Shown: in pieces, positions 57,566 through 64,000 of the stretch
Layout: each line of letters begins with the position of its first letter
Numbering within the stretch: position 1 is the first letter of the stretch
DNA from: an uncultured Bacteroidales bacterium
GTDB taxonomy: Bacteria > Bacteroidota > Bacteroidia > Bacteroidales > VadinHA17
NCBI GenBank assembly: GCA_963725585.1
Contig: CAVRYU010000005.1
Span: 132,671 to 196,670, forward strand
Direction of reading: 5' to 3'
DNA length: 64,000 bases
The notes under the pieces: generated by a model
The model's input: only the letters and a program-made list of their open reading frames with translations
Database searches by the model: none
What the model was told of the DNA's origin: nothing
Translations under genes and position numbers: made by a program

Positions 57566-60500
57566 TTAAAAACCCACAGATATGTTAAGTCCCAGTGTCC
57601 TTGTCGAGGGATATGTTCCATCGGGGATACCCTGGATATTACCAGCACTCAGTCCTGATTCAGGATCGTAATAAGGCATGTTTTTATGAATTAACCACAG
57701 GTTTCTACCGACAATTGCGAGTGAAATCCTTGATAAAGGAGTCTTTGCAAACAATTTTGAAGGAAGTGAATAACTCAGAGCTACCTCCCGGAGTTTTATG
57801 TATGATGCATCATAAATATAAGCTGCGGTCGGCAGATAATCATACTGAAATGCACCATACCAGTCCCCGGCCCATACATATGTGGTATTCGGAGTCCCGT
57901 TTGCATATACACCTTCATTAACAATACCACCTCCCTCTTCAACCGGGTCACGCACTGGTTTCCCTTTGTCATTAAGTCCGGCTGTCTCTGCAAAGATCCC
58001 GGTTGCCAGGCCGTACTGCATATCAACGGAATAAAGCTTTCCTCCCTGGGAAAAATCAACGAGTCCGGAAAGGGAAAACCCTTTATAATTCAATACAGTG
58101 GTAATTCCGGCATTCCAATCGGGTAAGGTTGATCCCAGCAAAGCTATCGGATCATCTCCCTCGAGGTACATCCCATCGTCTCCTACAGTTCTTTTTCCGT
58201 TTGTGTAGACAAAATCACTGCCTCGCAGCATTCCATAGGGTTGTCCGACAACAAGGTTGGTGCTTATATCCCATTGGGAGTTGAGAAGTATATTTTCAAC
58301 ACCTTCATACAGACTTTTTACCCTGTTCACATTCCTGAACCAGTTTGCCTGGAGATCCCATGAGAAATTGCCGGCTTTTACAACTGTTCCAGTCAGTGAA
58401 AGTTCTATGCCCTTGTTCTCAATTTCACCTGAATTGACATATCTCTGGTTATACCCTGAAGCACGGCTGATGTTGACCGGTGTGATCTGGTCGATACTGT
58501 TTGTCTTATACAATGAGAGGTCAAATCCGAACCTGTTGTTAAGAAATTTTGCTTCGAGACCGGCTTCAACGCTTTTGGTTCTTTCCGGTTTAAGTTCAGG
58601 ATTCTGTAAAACCCTGTTTAAAAAGTACCGGCCGTTGGTTTCCCAGTTTGCTTTCTGCCTGTATGTCGATGTCAGGCTGTAAGCAGGGGCGTCATTTCCT
58701 ACCTCGGCGTAATTGAGCCTCAGCTTAATGAATGAGAAAAAGGGAGATCCTTTGATACCGGGCAGTTCGGAAAAGATAAAACTTGTTGATACCGAGGGAT
58801 AAAAATAACTGTTGTTATTTTTTGGGAGTGTAGATGATATATCGTTCCGTCCGGAAACATCTATGAATACAAGATTCCTGTAACCTAACGACATGCTGGC
58901 GAAAAGACTGTTGACCCCCGTTAAAAGTTGATACTCTGTGGTCTGAATCGGTGATTTTGAATTATATAGATTATAGAGTTCAGGGACGATCAATCCGCCG
59001 AGGGTTGACGCATCAGTCAACTTGCTGGTGGTTCTTCTTATGTTGGAGCCCAGAAGGCCGTTCAATGAGAATTCTCCGAAGTTATGGTTGATCCTGGCCA
59101 TTAAATCAATATTTGTCTCAGAGAAGTTCCGGAGAAATTTTCTGTATTGTGAGGTCTGGTTACTGTAAACTGCGACTCTCTCTTCCTGAAACTGGGAATA
59201 GGTATCTGTTGCAGCCCGTCCTTCCAATGTGATCCAGGGGGCAAGCTTATACCTGATTGTTGCGTAGCCAAATATCCTGTCCCTTCCATCATCTTCATAG
59301 TTCATATTTCGGGTCCAGTAGATATTATTATGGAAAATAGGGGAGAGGTCATCATAATAGGCATAGTTCCATGTCCTCTGTCTGCCATCGGGAGTTTTCT
59401 GGTATTTTTTCAGATCCTCTATATCGACATTTGCCTGAAACCACTGCCCGAGTGATTGCATCGGGTTTCCGGGATCATATCCTGTGCCGTATCGTCCTTT
59501 GGTATAATCATTTATATATGAAACATTTGATTCAGCACTTAACTTGTCGGTGAATTTATAACTGCCGTTGAAATTTACGGTATTCTTATTGATCTTACTA
59601 TTGGGCATAATCCCTTTTTCATTCAGGTTGGTATACGACAATCTGAAAGTTCCTTTGTCATTACCTCCATCGAAAGCAATGTTATAATTTTGCTTTATAC
59701 CCGTCTCAAAGAAATCTCTCAGATCATGTTTTGCCGCTACCCATGGAACAGGTTTAAGATAGTGTTCTGCATCGGTTGGTTCAAGTCCGACCCAGTCGAT
59801 TACCATCAGTGAAGGATCGAATTTTGCACCCCAGGATGCATCCTCGGAAGTCGGGACTATAAGTTCATCGGTTCCGTCGCCATTAAGATCAGCCTGAAAG
59901 AAGTAGCCTGTCTCATCCTCATAATAAGCTCCGTAACCGCCGCCATATTCTTTTTGCATTTTAGGTAATGTATTCTGGTCGATTTTGGAAAAAATCAGTC
60001 CGGCAGATAATGATATTCCGATCCCTTTCCTGGTTGCCCCTTTCTTTGTGGTTATCATTACGACTCCGTTAGCGGCTCTTGATCCATACAAAGCGGTGGC
60101 AGCTGCTCCTTTAAGGACCGACATGGATTCAATATCCTCGGGATTGATATCAGCTGCGGCATTACCGTAATCGTAGCCTCCGTTACCGAGTACCTGCAAT
60201 GTTGTATTGGAAATGCTGTTATCAAGCGGGACCCCATCGACTACAAATAGTGCCTGGTTATTATTCATCAATGATTTGTTACCCCTGATGAGGATATTTG
60301 CTGATCCCCCCATTGTGTTCGACTGTTTAATCTGCACCCCGGAAACCTTTCCGGAGAGCGAGTTAACGAAGTTTGATTCCTTTGTCTTACTGATATTATC
60401 ACCCCGCACTTCCTGAACAGAATAACCTAATGACTTTTTCTCTCGAGAAATGCCAAGAGCTGTCACAACGACTTCGTCAAGCCCTAAAATATCTGGTTCC

Positions 60501-60790
60501 ATTATTATATTAATTACATCCTGATTGCCAATCTGCCGTTCCTGTTTTTTCATTCCAATATAACTAAAAACCAGAGTAGCAGCGTTTTGAGGTGCTGGAA
60601 TAGAGAATTTACCATTTAGATCTGTCAGAGTTCCTGTAGAGGTTCCCTTAATAGTTACAGTCACACCCGGGAGTACTCCCTCTCCTTCAGTGGCAGAGGT
60701 TACAATCCCGGTAATAGTCCTGGTTTGTGCGACAATAGGTGAAGCACAAATAAACAAAAATGCAATAATCAGAAATGCAAATTTCTTCAT
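57566..60790 (-). CDS. SusC/RagA-family TonB-linked outer membrane protein
   Basis: 1074 aa. CarboxypepD_reg N-terminus (ITGIVTSATEGEGVLPGVTVTIKG). Plug (LSGKVSGVQI..IRG..S..ALFVVDGVP). C-terminal beta-barrel ending in F. Confidence 0.92.
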   Translation of the reverse strand: MKKFAFLIIAFLFICASPIVAQTRTITGIVTSATEGEGVLPGVTVTIKGTSTGTLTDLNGKFSIPAPQNAATLVFSYIGMKKQERQIGNQDVINIIMEPDILGLDEVVVTALGISREKKSLGYSVQEVRGDNISKTKESNFVNSLSGKVSGVQIKQSNTMGGSANILIRGNKSLMNNNQALFVVDGVPLDNSISNTTLQVLGNGGYDYGNAAADINPEDIESMSVLKGAAATALYGSRAANGVVMITTKKGATRKGIGISLSAGLIFSKIDQNTLPKMQKEYGGGYGAYYEDETGYFFQADLNGDGTDELIVPTSEDASWGAKFDPSLMVIDWVGLEPTDAEHYLKPVPWVAAKHDLRDFFETGIKQNYNIAFDGGNDKGTFRLSYTNLNEKGIMPNSKINKNTVNFNGSYKFTDKLSAESNVSYINDYTKGRYGTGYDPGNPMQSLGQWFQANVDIEDLKKYQKTPDGRQRTWNYAYYDDLSPIFHNNIYWTRNMNYEDDGRDRIFGYATIRYKLAPWITLEGRAATDTYSQFQEERVAVYSNQTSQYRKFLRNFSETNIDLMARINHNFGEFSLNGLLGSNIRRTTSKLTDASTLGGLIVPELYNLYNSKSPIQTTEYQLLTGVNSLFASMSLGYRNLVFIDVSGRNDISSTLPKNNNSYFYPSVSTSFIFSELPGIKGSPFFSFIKLRLNYAEVGNDAPAYSLTSTYRQKANWETNGRYFLNRVLQNPELKPERTKSVEAGLEAKFLNNRFGFDLSLYKTNSIDQITPVNISRASGYNQRYVNSGEIENKGIELSLTGTVVKAGNFSWDLQANWFRNVNRVKSLYEGVENILLNSQWDISTNLVVGQPYGMLRGSDFVYTNGKRTVGDDGMYLEGDDPIALLGSTLPDWNAGITTVLNYKGFSLSGLVDFSQGGKLYSVDMQYGLATGIFAETAGLNDKGKPVRDPVEEGGGIVNEGVYANGTPNTTYVWAGDWYGAFQYDYLPTAAYIYDASYIKLREVALSYSLPSKLFAKTPLSRISLAIVGRNLWLIHKNMPYYDPESGLSAGNIQGIPDGTYPSTRTLGLNISVGF

Positions 60791-61034
60791 TGGGAAAAGA
60801 TTATGTTAATACTAAATTCAATAATGATTCTCTTCCTGTCTTTTACTGTCCGTGAATGAGAATCATCTGGCTGACCAAATTTGAGAGAATATATTTAATC
60901 AGAAAAATAAAATCAACGAACGACAAGTTTATGCCATTAAACGTTGACTCAGATCTTTGAACAGTAAAAATCTGATTATGAAATAACCAGGATAGAGAAA
61001 GGTAAATACGAGTTCTCTCCAGGAATGACTTTAG

Positions 61035-61847
61035 CTAGCCAGTTACTCCATAAGAAGCAAACACTGGTACAATAATCATTAAATCAGCTCCGGCATGAAT
61101 AAGCATCGGGGCAATAATGCTTCGGGTATAGTGCATTGCATACCCACACATCAATCCAAGCACAAAAACAATCATGGAAAAGAACAGGACATTTGGTGAA
61201 TAATTAACTGTAAGGTGTGGAGCAGCAAAACAGATAGAAGTCAGAATAATTGACCAAACTGGTTTAAATAAGGAGTTTAGCTTTTCCAGAAAAATACCTC
61301 TGAATACCAATTCTTCCATAAATCCATTTGCAAAAACGAACACAAGTATCCATACTAAGTTCTTTCTTAGAAAGCCAGGTTCCATTTTTGACTGAGGGTT
61401 GTTCAGAGCCAGATAGCAAAACAATATGAAAACTAGGATTCCGATTATTAAACCAGGAACTAAACGGCCTCCGTTCAGGAAAATGCTTTTCAATTTGTAT
61501 CCACCCAGAATAAAAGAGAGAATTAACATACCACTTATAATGACTGAGTCGCTGAGCTTAATTAGCGCGAATCCTTTTGAAGTTTCTGTATCCAGGTGCC
61601 AGAATTCTGGAGTAAAAACTCCAACAATTAAAAACGCCAGATTAAGGACCATAAATGTAAATGCAAGGCTTTTTAGATCCTGGAGATCTTTTTTATGAAA
61701 CCATCTCCATAAAACAAAAAACATAGCTAAAAATACAATCCTGATAATCAATTTAATATTAGCACGTAAAGGTGAGAAAAGAGTCATGCTCACAGCCAGC
61801 ATTACAGATAACACTATCAGAAATGTTAAAAATCTATTTGTTTTCAT
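61035..61847 (-). CDS. CPBP family intramembrane glutamic endopeptidase (Abi-like)
   Basis: 270 aa and polytopic. Motif 1 EELVFRG, then FAAPH and a C-terminal H..AD. Confidence 0.8.
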   Translation of the reverse strand: MKTNRFLTFLIVLSVMLAVSMTLFSPLRANIKLIIRIVFLAMFFVLWRWFHKKDLQDLKSLAFTFMVLNLAFLIVGVFTPEFWHLDTETSKGFALIKLSDSVIISGMLILSFILGGYKLKSIFLNGGRLVPGLIIGILVFILFCYLALNNPQSKMEPGFLRKNLVWILVFVFANGFMEELVFRGIFLEKLNSLFKPVWSIILTSICFAAPHLTVNYSPNVLFFSMIVFVLGLMCGYAMHYTRSIIAPMLIHAGADLMIIVPVFASYGVTG

Positions 61848-62041
61848 TTTTCAGCTTTTTAAAAATTGTACTGAATTTATTCAATTTAAATTCGCTTTTC
61901 AAGTATTTGATTCTAACTCCAGAAATTATTAGGTAAACAGCTCTTTTCATTTGGTTTTGATGAGAAAATGTCATTCATATATATTAAACTGAATTTCACT
62001 GCATTTTGAAATAAACCCAGGTGCTTTTATGAATTTGATCG

Positions 62042-62049
62042 TATCTTTG
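62042..62049 (+). promoter_or_regulatory. Candidate -7 box (TATCTTTG) for the LytS/LytTR operon
   Basis: Exact TAnnTTTG match, 22 nt upstream of the ATG at 62072. Confidence 0.35.
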
Positions 62050-62071
62050 AATAAAGACCATAATCATTAAT

Positions 62072-63166
62072 ATGCTTAAAGAAGTGGTTAAAAGGTTTTT
62101 TTCTGAAAGGAACCTGAATTTCTATATTTTTTACTGGATCTTTTATGTTTTGTTTTTTTCTTTTCAGAGATCCACGGCACAACACTATTTCTTTGCAGTA
62201 GGGGGAATTAATCTGGATTATCTGGATTCATTAAAGATTTCATTCCTTTCGAATCTGGCGTTTCTTCCAGGGGTAATCATAGTTACTCATTTTGCTATAG
62301 ACTTTATCCTGCCAAAGTTTTATTTCACAAACAGGTTCTTCCTTTTTTCAATTTTTCTAATCCTTATAATTGTGTTTTATCCGGTTATTTCATATCTGAT
62401 CCGGGCGTATGTAGTTGAACCATATATTTTTAATGATCCTAATGATTACAATTTATATAATTATTTTGCATCTATGCTGATTTTTGTTTTTGGAATGGCC
62501 CCTCTGGCAGCATTTAAGATTTCCGGGCATTTGAGAGAGACAGCATTGATACAGCAGAACATCGAACGTGACAGGCTTGAGTCGGAGCTTAAACTTAAGG
62601 AAGCTGAATTAAAGCTGCTTAAGAGCCAGATTCATCCGCATTTTCTGTTTAATACACTTAATAATTTATATTCACTTTCCCTTGAGAAATCTGATAAGAC
62701 CCCTGATCTGATAATCAGACTGGCAGATATGCTAAGTTATATTATTTATGATTGCCGTTCCGACAGGGTTCAGCTAATAAAAGAGATTGATTTTCTTAAC
62801 AGTTTCATTGAGTTACAAAAAGTCAGATATGATTCCTGCGATATACAGTTCAGCACCAGCGGTGAATTTAATAATATGCAGATTGCACCTATGATTCTTC
62901 ATACTTTTATTGATAATAGTTTTAAACACGGACCCGACAAAGATTCAGGAAGTCCATGGATAAGAATCTCAATTGTCGTGAACGGCGGGCAGTTGTTTTT
63001 TACAGTTATTAATAGTACTTTAAATGATGATTATTATACCAAAGCTTCGGGCATCGGTATCAGCAATGCAAAGAAGAGACTTGATCTTATATATCCTGAA
63101 AAGCACGATTTAGTTATCAATCATTCAGTGAATACATATTCTGTTTTTCTGAAATTACAATTGTAA
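62072..63166 (+). CDS. Sensor histidine kinase, LytS/YehU type (membrane N-terminus + His_kinase + HATPase)
   Basis: 364 aa with 4-5 N-terminal TMs, a coiled coil, the H-box QIHPHFLFNTLNNLY and the ATPase motif GIGISNAKKRL. Confidence 0.85.
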   Translation: MLKEVVKRFFSERNLNFYIFYWIFYVLFFSFQRSTAQHYFFAVGGINLDYLDSLKISFLSNLAFLPGVIIVTHFAIDFILPKFYFTNRFFLFSIFLILIIVFYPVISYLIRAYVVEPYIFNDPNDYNLYNYFASMLIFVFGMAPLAAFKISGHLRETALIQQNIERDRLESELKLKEAELKLLKSQIHPHFLFNTLNNLYSLSLEKSDKTPDLIIRLADMLSYIIYDCRSDRVQLIKEIDFLNSFIELQKVRYDSCDIQFSTSGEFNNMQIAPMILHTFIDNSFKHGPDKDSGSPWIRISIVVNGGQLFFTVINSTLNDDYYTKASGIGISNAKKRLDLIYPEKHDLVINHSVNTYSVFLKLQL

Positions 63167-63170
63167 TAAA

Positions 63171-63905
63171 ATGGAGTGCAATAAAACAAGATGTCTTATT
63201 ATCGATGATGAACCCCTTGCAATAAAACTTATCAGAACACATCTTGAGAAGCTTGAATCTTTTGAAATTGCAGGGGAATGCAAAAGTGCCTTAAAAGCAA
63301 TTGAAAACCTGCAAAGGGAGAAAATCGATCTTATGTTCCTGGATATCAATATGCCCGAGATAAGCGGTCTCGATTTTTTAAAATCAATTCCCGATCCTCC
63401 TTATGTAATTATCACGACGGCATACAGGGAATATGCTATAGAGGGATATGACCTGGATGTTGTTGATTTTCTGCTTAAACCTATATCTTTTGAAAGATTT
63501 CTTAAAGCGATTAACAGGTACTGTAACCGTTCGAGGAAATTGGTAACTAAAAGCACCGGTTTGCAATCCAGATCCCAGGAATTAAAGTTCATTTATATCC
63601 AGGATGGTAAAAATATCTTTAAGATTCTTTATGATGATGTCCTTTATTTTGAAGGTTACGGAGAATATATAAAAGTAATTACAGCCGGCAAAAACTATAT
63701 GGTCCGTGATTCCCTTACAGAATTTGAGCATAAGTTTTCGACTGATTATTTTCTAAGGATACATAAATCATATATCGTTAATATTCAAAAAATAACCGGA
63801 TTCAATGCAATCCAGGTTATTCTTAAAAATACACAGTTGCCGATCGGAAGAATGTATCGCGAAAAGGTAATGAGTATTTTAAAACCTTCAGGAGGAGTAA
63901 AATAA
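63171..63905 (+). CDS. LytTR-family response regulator
   Basis: 244 aa. Receiver LIIDDEP..MFLDINMP. C-terminal LytTR domain (FLRIHKSYIVN). Confidence 0.88.
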   Translation: MECNKTRCLIIDDEPLAIKLIRTHLEKLESFEIAGECKSALKAIENLQREKIDLMFLDINMPEISGLDFLKSIPDPPYVIITTAYREYAIEGYDLDVVDFLLKPISFERFLKAINRYCNRSRKLVTKSTGLQSRSQELKFIYIQDGKNIFKILYDDVLYFEGYGEYIKVITAGKNYMVRDSLTEFEHKFSTDYFLRIHKSYIVNIQKITGFNAIQVILKNTQLPIGRMYREKVMSILKPSGGVK

Positions 63906-64000
63906 TTCAATTTGCCGACTCTATTCCCCGGAATTATATACTATTTTCCCCCCAACTATCGTATAATTGATCTTCGTTTTCATGATTTGATCCTCCGGGA

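Noticed and set aside
63906-64000. Short minus-strand ORF (MKTKINYTIVGGKIVYNSGE) preceded by GGAGGA at the window edge
   Set aside because: It is only 20 codons with no recognisable similarity, and the window ends 17 nt upstream. Evidence is insufficient.
1-64000. Mobile element, prophage, defence island, tRNA/rRNA genes, riboswitches
   Set aside because: I recognised no transposase, integrase, recombinase, phage structural, restriction-modification, toxin-antitoxin or cas-like ORFs. I saw no tRNA-like T-arm/acceptor pattern or rRNA segment, and no riboswitch core that I could identify by eye. An Infernal/tRNAscan run is needed to be sure.

Overview
This is a 64-kb chromosomal segment with Bacteroidota hallmarks: a SusC/SusD pair, TAnnTTTG -7 boxes close to start codons, and CarboxypepD_reg, DUF1080 and DUF5063-type families. 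GC is about 40% by eye (not computed). About 45 genes are present.

- **1-35 kb, housekeeping:** a periplasmic chaperone cluster (OstA-like plus parvulin/SurA-like PPIases), guaB, recQ, a tandem DUF1080 lipoprotein, and a ~1150-aa CarboxypepD_reg/MG2/Plug protein. Then a DUF5063 + 3'-5' exonuclease pair, an RlmI-like methyltransferase, tex, oligopeptidase B, an FAD oxidoreductase and two M28 peptidases. It ends with mutS2, an ECF sigma / anti-sigma / DUF4097 module, rocD and trmD.
- **36-54 kb, efflux locus:** five paralogous ~800-aa double-FtsX (MacB/ADOP-like) permeases, but only one ABC ATPase, one HlyD-type adaptor and one TolC. A kinase-less sigma-54 (NtrC-type) response regulator sits in the middle.
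- **54-64 kb:** a serine hydrolase, a YkgJ cysteine-cluster protein, SusD/SusC, a CPBP protease and a LytS/LytTR two-component pair.

I saw no rRNA, tRNA, transposase, integrase, CRISPR array or recognisable phage or defence genes.

Three things stand out:
1. Eleven reading-frame breaks fall in eight conserved genes, all within the first 35 kb.
2. Almost every intergenic gap carries GC-rich hairpin repeats of several families. These are a 29-bp perfect palindrome at three loci, C5/G5-clamped nested hairpins, GTCATTCCGAA...GAGGAATC units, and hairpins or arrays built from 7-9-nt tandem periods.
3. A near-consensus sigma-54 promoter lies upstream of the tolC-adaptor-ATPase operon.

I did not find a convincing, wholly new protein-coding system. 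The least explained signal is the non-coding repeat and structure content.
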